Assembly: GCA_964407715.1 (NCBI GenBank)
Contig: CAYOWP010000006.1
Coordinates: 30,883 to 61,927, forward strand
From: an uncultured archaeon
Lineage (GTDB): Archaea > EX4484-52 > JAADEF01
Reading direction: 5' to 3'
Length of the DNA stretch: 31,045 nt
The translations under genes were made by a program, and so were the position numbers. Numbering within the stretch: the stretch's first letter is position 1; the number at the start of each line of letters is the position of its first letter. Of this stretch, positions 10,178 to 19,715 are shown in pieces. The notes beneath the pieces were generated by a model that saw only the letters and a program-made list of their open reading frames with translations, ran no database searches and was not told where the DNA came from.

Positions 10178-10329
10178 TTTTTATTACGTTGTTAATGTAA
10201 GACATAACCTTTTTAAAAATTTGATTTGTTATGGTGATATCTTGACATATAGAGATATGCGTAATATTTTAAAAGATTTGCTATTTTTACTATATATATA
10301 GCTTTTGTATATAGAATTGCTCCATTCAT

Positions 10330-10381
10330 AAAAACTTTTAAATAACCTTAATATAAAATTAAGAGTAAAGTGAGAAGGTGA
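10330..10381 (+). promoter_or_regulatory. Putative BRE/TATA promoter and Shine-Dalgarno of ftsZ
   Basis: AAAAACTTTTAAATA lies about 40-55 bp upstream of the ATG; AGGTGA at 10376-10381. A similar GAAAACTTTAAAAA precedes ORF 4610. Confidence 0.45.
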
Positions 10382-10385
10382 TTAT

Positions 10386-11549
10386 ATGGAGAGCATCATA
10401 AGAGAAGCAATTAAGAATGAAAAGGCATCTAAGAAAACCAAGGGAAATAATGTTGAAAACAAAAAAACCACTGACAAAGCATCTCAAAAAAGCGCTAAAA
10501 AAACAACTGTTAAAAAAGAAGAGCTTAAAAAAATTCTAGAAAAAACACGCGCTAAGATAGCTGTGATAGGATGTGGTGGTGCCGGCAATAATACCATAAA
10601 TCGCATGTCTCAGGTGGGCATTGAGGGAGTAAGGCTTATTGCCATAAATACCGATGCTCAGCATTTACTTTTTATAGAGGCTGATGAAAAAATACTCATA
10701 GGTAAAGAAATTACTGGTGGACTAGGGGCAGGTTCAAATCCTAATATCGGAGAAGCAGCAGCAAAAGAAAGTAGAGAGGAAATCAAAAAGGTTATAGAAG
10801 GATATGATTTAGTATTTGTTACTGCGGGTCTTGGAGGAGGCACTGGCACAGGCGCAGCTCCAGTAGTTGCTGAGATTGCTAAGAAAGAGGGATCATTAGT
10901 GGTGGGTGTTGTTACGCTACCATTTACAATGGAGGGATATCATAGAATGGAAAATGCTCGAAGAGGGCTTGAGAAATTAAGAGAGAATGTGGATACCTTA
11001 ATAGTGATACCTAATGATAAACTTTTGGAGTTAGTTCCAAATGTTTCCATAGTAACTGCCTTTAAAATAGCTGATGAGATATTAGTAAATGCGGTGAAAG
11101 GTATTTCTGAGTTGATAACTAAGGAGCAATTGATTAATCTGGACTTTGCTGATGTGAAGGCAGTTATGAGTGATGGCGGATATGCTATGATAGGAATAGG
11201 AGAGAGCGATACTGAAAACAGAGCACAGGAGGCAGTTAATAAGGCATTAAATAATCCGTTATTGGATATTGATATAGAAGGAGCACGTGGAGCATTAATC
11301 CTCGTTACTGGTGGTGCAGATTTATCACTAAAAGAGGCAAAAGAAGTTATTCATGCTGTTACCTCAAAGCTTGATAAATCTGCACGTGTTATCTGGGGTG
11401 CAAGTATTGAACCTGAATTGGGGGATGTGTTAAGAGTTATGATAATTGTTACTGGTGTTAAGAGCAGTGAATTCTTCGAGGAAGCAGAGACTAAGAGGTT
11501 TGAGGTCAAAAAGGAGATTGAAGAGAAATTAGGTATTGAATTTATATAA
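10386..11549 (+). CDS. ftsZ: Cell division protein FtsZ
   Basis: GCGGAGNN, AINTDAQHL, tubulin signature GGGTGTG, NLDFADV, VIWGA. Confidence 0.98.
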   Translation: MESIIREAIKNEKASKKTKGNNVENKKTTDKASQKSAKKTTVKKEELKKILEKTRAKIAVIGCGGAGNNTINRMSQVGIEGVRLIAINTDAQHLLFIEADEKILIGKEITGGLGAGSNPNIGEAAAKESREEIKKVIEGYDLVFVTAGLGGGTGTGAAPVVAEIAKKEGSLVVGVVTLPFTMEGYHRMENARRGLEKLRENVDTLIVIPNDKLLELVPNVSIVTAFKIADEILVNAVKGISELITKEQLINLDFADVKAVMSDGGYAMIGIGESDTENRAQEAVNKALNNPLLDIDIEGARGALILVTGGADLSLKEAKEVIHAVTSKLDKSARVIWGASIEPELGDVLRVMIIVTGVKSSEFFEEAETKRFEVKKEIEEKLGIEFI

Positions 11550-11605
11550 TATTTTTAAAAAGATTTTTTATATTTAATATTAAATGAAATTTCACGGTGA
11601 TACTG

Positions 11606-11869
11606 ATGGCTACTGAGAGCTTTTATTCAAGGTTGATTGGAAAAGATATGTTCACTGATAAGGGAATGTATTGTGGTAGGATAACAGATATTGAGGTTGA
11701 TTTGCAGAGATTTAGAGTGAGGGCATTAATAGTGAGCGCGATTAGAGGATCATATTTATATGATTTGGTGGGTGGTCAAAAAGGAGTAATAATTCCATAT
11801 AATATGGTTAAAGCAGTTGGAGATATTGTTATTATAAAACATGTTTCACCATCTCCGCTAGAGGAATAA
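11606..11869 (+). CDS. PRC-barrel domain protein (CdpB-like)
   Basis: LIGKDMFTDKGMYCGRITDIEVD...IIPYNMVKAVGDIVII is a typical PRC-barrel pattern. ATG 11606 follows a GGTGA motif; the ORF track uses GTG 11597. Confidence 0.85.
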   Translation: MATESFYSRLIGKDMFTDKGMYCGRITDIEVDLQRFRVRALIVSAIRGSYLYDLVGGQKGVIIPYNMVKAVGDIVIIKHVSPSPLEE

Positions 11870-11883
11870 CTTTTTAATCTCAA

Positions 11884-12777
11884 CTAACTTATTATTATCA
11901 GGAGAGCACCTAAGAAGGAGATAGATGAGATAGCATAAATATCCCTTGAAAATTTCTCTTTGTAAACTATCTGTGCTATAAAGATAGAGAAGATTACATA
12001 TAACATTTTTATTGCCGAGACATATGCAGAGTTGGTTGTTAAAGAATATGCAGAGTATTCTGTTAATATCTGTACCAATGTTAACAGACCAATACCTAAA
12101 GATGTAACATCTTTTACAAATAATTTTTTTAGGAATGCTATGGGGGTAACATTTTCCACTAATGAAACAAGTAACATGCTGTTAAATGCATTGAAGATAT
12201 TTAGGAGTACAATAAATTCTATAAAATTTATTTGTTGATAATGCAACACATATCTGGACAATATTTTAAATAGAGCATAATACAATGTGGATAAGCATAT
12301 TATTGAGGTGTACTTAAGAATGTTTGGATTTCTTATGAAACTCCTGAAGTTGATTTTTGTTTTATATTCTATTGCTAATATAGATAGGAAAATAAGAAGG
12401 ATTCCTATGATACCAGTGAGAGATGGCATCTCTGAGAAAAATAAATATCCAAATAGGAACACAAATACAACCTCTAAATTCAAAAAGGGAGAGATTTTAT
12501 CAATATCTGTATGCTTTACAGCTTTAAATGTTAACCAATATGCTATTGTATTTAGTAGACTTCCAACATATACCAATATCACTTCATGCTGAGAGATTGT
12601 TTTTATCTTTAAAAAATAATATATTACGAGAGGTAATGTAAGGATAAAGACGATTAGTCTTATAGATGTTGCATATTCTATGGATTCATGATCATACATT
12701 TTTGTTTTAGAAAGCACAATTATTAATGAAGTTGTGATTGCACATAACATTCCTAAGATTATCCACTCCATAATCAA
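11884..12777 (-). CDS. EamA/DMT family transporter
   Basis: About 10 TM segments in two halves; AVKHTDIDKISPFLNLEVVFVFLFGYLFFSE...GIIGILL is a DMT motif. Confidence 0.85.
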   Translation of the reverse strand: MIMEWIILGMLCAITTSLIIVLSKTKMYDHESIEYATSIRLIVFILTLPLVIYYFLKIKTISQHEVILVYVGSLLNTIAYWLTFKAVKHTDIDKISPFLNLEVVFVFLFGYLFFSEMPSLTGIIGILLIFLSILAIEYKTKINFRSFIRNPNILKYTSIICLSTLYYALFKILSRYVLHYQQINFIEFIVLLNIFNAFNSMLLVSLVENVTPIAFLKKLFVKDVTSLGIGLLTLVQILTEYSAYSLTTNSAYVSAIKMLYVIFSIFIAQIVYKEKFSRDIYAISSISFLGALLIIIS

Positions 12778-12876
12778 TTAAATTATTCCAAAAAATTTTT
12801 ATAAGTTTAATTGACTTGATTTGGTTGCTTGAGTGATATTATAAAATTTTTAAATAAATTGGTTTTAAATGAGTTT

Positions 12877-14211
12877 ATGAATGTGAAAATAAGATATTTA
12901 ACCATTTTGGCAGTGATTTCAATCTTGTTAATGCCGTCCATAGCTTTTGGAGATAAGGGAATGATTGGTATAGGATCTAAAGAAATTACTTTGGAAGAAT
13001 CAGCACAAAATGCTATTGTTGCATGGAATGGTAAGGAGGAAGTTATAATTCTTTCAACAGATGCAAAAGCCTCAGATTCAACTCTTGTTCTTGAGATACT
13101 GCCTTTACCTTCAAATCCCACAAAAATTGAAGAAGGCAGTTTTGATTCATTTATAAAACTTGCTGAGATAATAAATAAAAAGAAAAAAGAGATATGGGGA
13201 ATGGAAGGGACAAAAGGTGCATTTAATAGAAAAGCGCATACTCCTGGTGTGGAGATAACGTTTCATAAAAAGATTGGTGCTCATGAAATAACTGTGGTAA
13301 AGGTAAATGATTTGGATTATTTTATAAATTGGGTAAAAAATTTTACTATAAGTAAAGGTTTTAGATATACAGAAATCTCTCCTGAATTTAAAGATACTGT
13401 GGCAAGATATCTAAAAAGAGATATAAAATTCTTTGTATTTGATGTTATTGAAGTAAGCAAAGAGAGACAAAGCATTCAACCTTTAGTTTATAAATTCAAA
13501 ACAGATTTTCTTTATTATCCTTTTGAGATAACCGCTACTTCTGATGCTGGCAATTCAATTTCAGAGGTAAATATATTCTTTATCACGAAAGGGATAATAA
13601 ATAAGACTATAATTGAAAATACGAATCTTTTGCCAACTGTTGGGTTTGAGTATGAGATTGAATTGAGCAAAAGTGAATTAAAAGATATTAGTCCAGAGAT
13701 TGCTGATTTATTTAGTTCAGCATATGTAATGAACGCATATCGTTATGGCACACTTAATATGTTAAATAGGGATGTTGTAGTTTATCCGCAAGATATTTAT
13801 ATCCCAACATTTTTTGATAAGATTTCTCAATACATTTCATCTACCTTAGTCTTTCAATATATTACAACAATATGGAAAGAGATTTTTCCTTCCTATCTAT
13901 ATGCCTTTGAGATTCCAATGTGGTTTAGATGTATCTTAGCAATTGTTCTATTATCATTCATAGTGGGAATTATATCAATAATATTTCTCATATCCAAGTT
14001 AATTAAGAAACTACTTAAAAAATATCATCTAGAATCATTTGGCTATAATTTACTTGCTTATATGATATCAATAATTATTGTTATTTTCCTTTTATTGAAT
14101 AATAATACTGCGGTATTTTTTATTTCAGTTGTTATCTTTACAATTATTGGCTTCTTAATGTTACTTTTATTAGCAAAAAAATTAATTGAAAAATACATTT
14201 TTTCATCTTGA
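12877..14211 (+). CDS. DUF2330-like secreted protein with C-terminal TM helices
   Basis: Signal peptide after ATG 12877 (the ORF track starts at 12829); motifs QNAIVAWNGKEEVIILS, ILPLPSNP and YYPFEIT resemble DUF2330; three C-terminal hydrophobic helices. Confidence 0.6.
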   Translation: MNVKIRYLTILAVISILLMPSIAFGDKGMIGIGSKEITLEESAQNAIVAWNGKEEVIILSTDAKASDSTLVLEILPLPSNPTKIEEGSFDSFIKLAEIINKKKKEIWGMEGTKGAFNRKAHTPGVEITFHKKIGAHEITVVKVNDLDYFINWVKNFTISKGFRYTEISPEFKDTVARYLKRDIKFFVFDVIEVSKERQSIQPLVYKFKTDFLYYPFEITATSDAGNSISEVNIFFITKGIINKTIIENTNLLPTVGFEYEIELSKSELKDISPEIADLFSSAYVMNAYRYGTLNMLNRDVVVYPQDIYIPTFFDKISQYISSTLVFQYITTIWKEIFPSYLYAFEIPMWFRCILAIVLLSFIVGIISIIFLISKLIKKLLKKYHLESFGYNLLAYMISIIIVIFLLLNNNTAVFFISVVIFTIIGFLMLLLLAKKLIEKYIFSS

Positions 14212-14223
14212 GATTCTACCTTT

Positions 14224-14349
14224 CTAATCACGAATTCTTCTGTTTTTTATTTCCTCCTCAGAAAAAGAAGGGATATCTTCCAATATATCATCAGGTAAGC
14301 ATTTACACAGCTGTTTCGCTGGATGATTATTACCTTGGACGCATCCTTG
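14224..14349 (-). pseudogene. Degenerate relic of the Cys-rich conserved module of the large polymorphic proteins
   Basis: Translates QGCVQGNNHPAKQLCKCLPDDILEDIPSFSEEEIKNRRIRD*, versus EACIQGKNHPAQELCYCIPDGILKNIGVSEEEIYNRRIPYD in paralog A. It has no start codon and is bounded by in-frame stops. Confidence 0.8.
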
Positions 14350-14400
14350 TTAAAGAACTTTCTTTTAATCTTCTACTATGAGCATACTCAACAGATCTCT

Positions 14401-15480
14401 TTAAAATAAGAAAAACTTCTTTTCTTTTGGTGTAACCATAATTGATGCAATTTTATCTCCCTCAGCAAATTTGTATATCTTCTTATCTTCTTTTTTTCTT
14501 TCTTCATAATCTACTTTAAAATTAATCACTATTTTTTCTTTGTTCTTTTTTTGCGATTTTTCTAATGTGATATAAGGGTAAAAATACATATATTTTCCTT
14601 CTATCTCATCATAAATAGAAGGAAAATCATATATCAAAGAGGCCTCTATATATTCTTCTTTACATTTATGTTCTTTGCATTTATAATAGAAACTATGTAT
14701 ACCTATAGGGTTCAATATTCTTTTTTTATTTAACTTTTTTACAGGCTCATATTCATTTGTTCCGTGATATAATATATAAAGAAGTTCATCTATCTCAAAA
14801 ATCTCCTTAGGCAAATTAAATATCTCAGGAAATCTCTTACCTTTATATCCATCGAATACATATTTAATAAAAGGGAATTCTAGATCTTTTGTAAATCTTT
14901 TAAACTTAGAATAAGAAGAAGAATAGTACCAATTAAATTTCTTACCTGTTTTTTGATCTACCCATGAATATCTAGCTTTTAAAATGATACTTTTATCCTC
15001 ATCAAATTCTGGATTCTTAGTATCAAATATCCTTTCCACGATAAAATACCACATATCTTCTATAATTTTTTTATTCTTTCCCACATAGTACCAAGAACCC
15101 TCATGAGACATCCAATATTCACTTGGCTCCCTAGGTTGCTTTTTATTTAAGACTATTTCCTTAAAAATTTGTGGATCTTTAACAAGACAAAGATCTTCTG
15201 GCGGACGTACACGTAAACTATTCAGTATAATTTCCCACAACTCTCCTCTAACACTTTCCTCTATAGCTTTCATATAATAAGGATCATCCCACACTACAAC
15301 ATACCCACTATCTTTCCTAGCATATGCTAATCCATATTTGCCTAACATCTCAGCAACTTCATAAGCAATCATCATCTTACCTAAATTCCACATAAACCTC
15401 AAAAAATCTCTTCTTCCTGGATCTTCCACACTTTCCTCAACATTCCTTATCTCTTTATAATGCTTATTTAACCACCCCAT
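14401..15480 (-). CDS. Hypothetical protein with twin-arginine-like motif; candidate partner/immunity protein
   Basis: 359 aa; DPGRRDFLRFMW near residue 20; lies 41 bp downstream of the 929-aa gene, the same position as ORF 241-1254 in locus A. Confidence 0.8.
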   Translation of the reverse strand: MGWLNKHYKEIRNVEESVEDPGRRDFLRFMWNLGKMMIAYEVAEMLGKYGLAYARKDSGYVVVWDDPYYMKAIEESVRGELWEIILNSLRVRPPEDLCLVKDPQIFKEIVLNKKQPREPSEYWMSHEGSWYYVGKNKKIIEDMWYFIVERIFDTKNPEFDEDKSIILKARYSWVDQKTGKKFNWYYSSSYSKFKRFTKDLEFPFIKYVFDGYKGKRFPEIFNLPKEIFEIDELLYILYHGTNEYEPVKKLNKKRILNPIGIHSFYYKCKEHKCKEEYIEASLIYDFPSIYDEIEGKYMYFYPYITLEKSQKKNKEKIVINFKVDYEERKKEDKKIYKFAEGDKIASIMVTPKEKKFFLF

Positions 15481-15521
15481 AATTATAAAATAAATAAAAT
15501 AGAAATATTTTTAAATCTAAA

Positions 15522-18311
15522 TTAACAAGATAATGTACCTTCTCCTCTAGGCCACTTTGCTTTTGATTCAACATAGCTATTAACAATCTCTGAGAAAAAT
15601 CCAGTTAAGAAGTTAATTCCTCCATGAATTACATGATATCCATAACCTCCAAATCTTGAGCCTATAACCACATCAGCTAATATTTCAGCTGCTGTAAATG
15701 GAGCATAAACAACAATTGTTGTTAAAAATCCATTCTCTTCTGGAGTATAACAAAAACCTTCTTTTTTATTGACTTTTATTAAAATCACAGAAGTATGAAT
15801 GGTTTCATGTTTAACAGAACCAAAAATTTTATTTAGGATGCTATTCTCACCTTGTGGAGGAAGTACGCTAATTAAATCTCCATCACCTGTAAATTTGTCT
15901 TTTTCTTCTTTAAACTCAAAAATCTTCTCTAATTCATCTTTATCTTTTAGTTGCTTTGTCACTTTATATCTACCTTGAATTAACGTAAGTTGATAAGAGT
16001 TAAGATATAGAAAGAAATAATTCTCAATCTTTGAAGATTTTGAAAACTTAAATTGATAATTAGGGTAGCATTTATCGAATTTGGTTAAGTACTTAGCAAT
16101 CTTATAATTAATAAACTCTTCTTCATTATTTCTACTAAGAGTTGCAGATTTAATGCTTTCTAATATGTCTCTAAGATCATTTATCTCCTGGAGGGAAATC
16201 CAAACATTTAAATCTTTATTATTCTTTATGCAATATGTATCAAAAAATATCTTAAATTCATCTTCATTAGATCCTTGTAATAACTTATATTCTTTTCTTA
16301 ATATCTTTTCCAATCTATCTTTTGTGTAAAAAGCGTATTTATAATACTTATTATAAATAAAAGAGTCTCTGATAATAGATCCTGTATAAATAGTATTTGA
16401 ATTAATAATATCCTTTTTTATCCTGTTACAGTTTTCATCATTCAAATAATAAACCTTAACAAATAAAGCAGGATCCTCCAAAAATTCGTTACATTTCTCT
16501 TCATCATATTTTATTGCTCTATTGCTTATTTCCTCCTCTGAAAATCCTAAACCTCTAAGCATATCATTTGGAATACATGCACAAAATTCCTCTGCCTTTT
16601 CTATAGAAGAGGAATCTATAAAAGTGTCAAGGTTTAAATTCTTTCTATTTATACAATTTTCTCTGATAAACATAATATATTTTTTTACCTTCCTTGAGTT
16701 TCCTTTATCAATCATTCTATTATCTCCTCCTACCTTACCTATATACTCATCCTTAATCTCCTCCCAACTCTTCTCCCAAGCATAACACACAGGTACCTTA
16801 ATATCAACATCTTTCTTAGTAATTACTAAATCTGCTTTACATGGAGATGCTAAATAAAATCTAATATCATCACTACCTATCTTACCATCACCACATTTAT
16901 CCAAAACTAACATATATGGCTCTAATTCTATAGGAAGGGAAACAGAAATAGCGAATCTTTTACCAAAATAGGAATGGGGAGAGCCCAAAAATAACAGAGG
17001 AGAATATATCCCTAAAGTATTAAATCCAACATTTCTATATTTTTCATTCATCTCATCTATTCTTGCCGCAGTATATCCCAAGGCAAAGGTTAATAAACAT
17101 AATGCTTTAAAGGATTTTCCTTTAGTCAAAGTAGCACATTTAGCAAGATCTTCTAATTCTTCTGCAGCAGTATAATCTTTTAATGTTGCTTCTGTCATCT
17201 TAGAAATAGTCGCATCTTCTAAAGCCAACATTAAAGAAGTAGGTCTATTATTCCACATCCATTTAGCATAATAACGTGCTTTCTTTGCCCATAATCCCTT
17301 GGTAGATTTATCCATCTTCTTAAGCTCGCCAGCTACTTTTTCTAAAGCATTTTTAATATCTGGAGCAATAATCTCTTTTACTGCTTTTTCTTTTACACTG
17401 TCCTTGATTACCCATCCCTTCTCCGTCCTTGTGACATATCCTTTTTCTATTAGTTCATCAAACATATCACTGAGTTCCATATCTAATGGAGTGAGATATT
17501 TCTTAGTAAGGGTTAACTCATAATTCTTAAGAGCTTTTAAAGCATCTGCTTCCCCTATTTCTTTTGTTGCTTTACTAAGAAACTCCTTATATTCTTTATT
17601 TTTTACTAAATTAACTAATGTACTTGCCTCATCTTTTGATATCCCTTTAGAAATTAGGACTTTTTCAAGTGCTTTGTCCTCTTCACTCCAAAATAGCCTT
17701 AATGCGAAAGAGGAACGAATCTTATTAGATAAAATAGCTTTTTTAAGTTGAGTACTCAAATGTCCTCCTACAGAAAAAAATGCACCAACCACTCCAGAAA
17801 CTGCTGCTATTGCAAGAACATCATTTTCTCCTTGTTGAATCCATGCCCTTTCTTCTCCATGAGGAAACATTTCATAATAAATTAGATATTTAGGATCTCC
17901 ATAATTGAAAATATATGAAAAGGGTTTATCTTCATCTACTTTCTGAGGCAAATAAAAATTATACACAAAACACATTTGTTTTTCCTTATTGCAAGTTACT
18001 CTCACATCTCCAAATTTTGCTGTTTTTGTTCCATCTTTAGATGCATATGCTAATGAATCTGATAATGCTTTCCCATTTATGCAATATCTCTCATCCAATT
18101 CATATCCATTGGCAACAGATGCCAATGCACATACTAATCCATTTGTGCTATCTATTACCTCTTGCTCTATTGTTCTATGAGACTTAAATATATTCTTGAG
18201 AAATGAGATTATTTTTCCATGAAAAACAAGAAGAATCGAAAATATTATTATAACAAGAAGAATGCTTATCAACGATCCAATAGAAAACGAAACTGTTCCT
18301 CTCCTCTTCAT
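15522..18311 (-). CDS. Large secreted/membrane-anchored polymorphic protein, paralog B
   Basis: 929 aa. The first ~123 aa are identical to paralog A. Shared blocks are DPKYLIYYE-FP-GEE-AW, NEKYR--GFNT--IYSP, RFYLASPCKA, VCYAW-KSWEEI, C-CIP, SEEEI-NR, FCY-P and WP-G-G, separated by divergent regions. Confidence 0.85.
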   Translation of the reverse strand: MKRRGTVSFSIGSLISILLVIIIFSILLVFHGKIISFLKNIFKSHRTIEQEVIDSTNGLVCALASVANGYELDERYCINGKALSDSLAYASKDGTKTAKFGDVRVTCNKEKQMCFVYNFYLPQKVDEDKPFSYIFNYGDPKYLIYYEMFPHGEERAWIQQGENDVLAIAAVSGVVGAFFSVGGHLSTQLKKAILSNKIRSSFALRLFWSEEDKALEKVLISKGISKDEASTLVNLVKNKEYKEFLSKATKEIGEADALKALKNYELTLTKKYLTPLDMELSDMFDELIEKGYVTRTEKGWVIKDSVKEKAVKEIIAPDIKNALEKVAGELKKMDKSTKGLWAKKARYYAKWMWNNRPTSLMLALEDATISKMTEATLKDYTAAEELEDLAKCATLTKGKSFKALCLLTFALGYTAARIDEMNEKYRNVGFNTLGIYSPLLFLGSPHSYFGKRFAISVSLPIELEPYMLVLDKCGDGKIGSDDIRFYLASPCKADLVITKKDVDIKVPVCYAWEKSWEEIKDEYIGKVGGDNRMIDKGNSRKVKKYIMFIRENCINRKNLNLDTFIDSSSIEKAEEFCACIPNDMLRGLGFSEEEISNRAIKYDEEKCNEFLEDPALFVKVYYLNDENCNRIKKDIINSNTIYTGSIIRDSFIYNKYYKYAFYTKDRLEKILRKEYKLLQGSNEDEFKIFFDTYCIKNNKDLNVWISLQEINDLRDILESIKSATLSRNNEEEFINYKIAKYLTKFDKCYPNYQFKFSKSSKIENYFFLYLNSYQLTLIQGRYKVTKQLKDKDELEKIFEFKEEKDKFTGDGDLISVLPPQGENSILNKIFGSVKHETIHTSVILIKVNKKEGFCYTPEENGFLTTIVVYAPFTAAEILADVVIGSRFGGYGYHVIHGGINFLTGFFSEIVNSYVESKAKWPRGEGTLSC

Positions 18312-18464
18312 ATTTAATGTTATTATATTTGATGTAAATATATATTTTTGAGATTTTGAGATGATTAATTTAAAATAAAAATATGATTAAGTGGAAACAT
18401 ACCTATATCAAAACCACATAAAAGCAGATAACCCTTTGAAGCGTTTAAGAAGCAGATAACCTTT
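17941..18464. repeat. 524-bp direct repeat, copy 2
   Basis: Identical by eye to 3655-4178. Confidence 0.92.
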
Positions 18465-18520
18465 AGAATGGTTAGCATGCTGTGATATGCCTGAGAATGG
18501 CGATATTTTTCCGTTAACCA
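18384..18520. repeat. Single palindromic intergenic element
   Basis: TGATTAAGTGGAAA...TTTTCCGTTAACCA, followed by TTTTTCATTAA exactly as after the third unit at 4512. Confidence 0.75.
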
Positions 18521-18555
18521 TTTTTCATTAAAATTAAAAATTTTTTATATACGCA

Positions 18556-19593
18556 ATGAGAAGAATAAAGATTATGCAACTATCATCAAAAATATTTGAG
18601 GTGCTCAAGGAGAATCTTGAAAGGGAAAACTATTTTAAAGATTATTCTTCTTTAATGATTTCTCTTCCAAGCGGGCTTAGTAGATATGCTATAGAGATAA
18701 AGGATTATATTTCGCGATACTATAATGGAGAGATTTACATATATGCTGATGAGAGCTTTGGCGCCTGTGATATTCCTATAGATGCTGCTAAGAGATTGAA
18801 TTGTAAATTAATCCTTCATTTTGGTCATACTCCTTTTATTAATGAAAATCCGATAGACAACATCAAAGTAATCTACTTGCCATTATTTCTTGAGTATGAC
18901 TATAAAAAGGTTGCTGAGGATTTATTACCTTTTATTGAGAATCTCCATAAGATTTCCCTTCATGCGCCAGTTCAATATACTCAAGCATTACCATATCTAA
19001 AAGAGGAAATTGAAAAAAGAAGCAAGGTGAAGGTATATTTAGGAAAATCATCCACATGTCAATATCCAGGACAAATCCTTGGATGTGATGTATCTTCCTT
19101 CTTTTCAGCATTTAGTGATTCAAATAAATCTATAGAGGCAGCCATTTATATAGGTGATGGGAGCTTTCATTATTATGCTCTTTTAAAATATCTTCCGAAA
19201 GAGATTAAAGTCATAGTGTATGACCTAAATATAAGCAAAGTAGAAATATATAATTCTAAGGAGAGAGAAAGGTTCCTTAAAAGATACTATGCCCTCTACT
19301 CTTTACTTAAAATATCACAAAGGATAGGTGTATTGCTTAGTACAAAAATAGGACAATATCTCCATTATGGCTCTGCAATAAAGAAAGCCATTGAGGAGTT
19401 CAAAAGAGAAGGGAAAGAGGTATATATCTTTGTGGCTGATAAGTTGGAGCCATCTCAAATAAATTCATTTTCTGAGAAGGTTGATATTCTTGTGAATTTT
19501 GCTTGTCCTCGGATAGAGGATGACAACAAGCTATATTCAAAACCTATCATAAGCTATACTACATATAAGATGATAGAGAAGGATCTTTTATAG
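18556..19593 (+). CDS. dph2: Diphthamide biosynthesis enzyme Dph2
   Basis: Three Fe-S cysteines in FGACD, GQILGCD and FACPRI; also LHFGH, IGDGSFH and STKIGQ. Confidence 0.93.
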   Translation: MRRIKIMQLSSKIFEVLKENLERENYFKDYSSLMISLPSGLSRYAIEIKDYISRYYNGEIYIYADESFGACDIPIDAAKRLNCKLILHFGHTPFINENPIDNIKVIYLPLFLEYDYKKVAEDLLPFIENLHKISLHAPVQYTQALPYLKEEIEKRSKVKVYLGKSSTCQYPGQILGCDVSSFFSAFSDSNKSIEAAIYIGDGSFHYYALLKYLPKEIKVIVYDLNISKVEIYNSKERERFLKRYYALYSLLKISQRIGVLLSTKIGQYLHYGSAIKKAIEEFKREGKEVYIFVADKLEPSQINSFSEKVDILVNFACPRIEDDNKLYSKPIISYTTYKMIEKDLL

Positions 19594-19621
19594 GCATTAC
19601 TCATAATATATTTTGAAAATT

Positions 19622-19705
19622 TTGTTAAGGGAAAACTATAGCTATTACCGAAAGTATTGCAGCATCCTAACCTGCTTAAAAGTTTCTCTGCTCTAATGTG
19701 CTATT
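19622..19705. repeat. Partial inverted copy of the palindromic intergenic element between convergent genes
   Basis: Left end TTGTTAAGGGAAAA; AGCATCCTAACC and TCTCTGCTCTAATGTGCT are internal motifs of the family; right inverted repeat not evident. Confidence 0.55.
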
Positions 19706-19715
19706 TGAAAGTTAT

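Noticed and set aside
10731-10741. tRNA T-loop-like GGTTCAAATCC
   Set aside because: Lies inside ftsZ (GSNP codons) with no cloverleaf.
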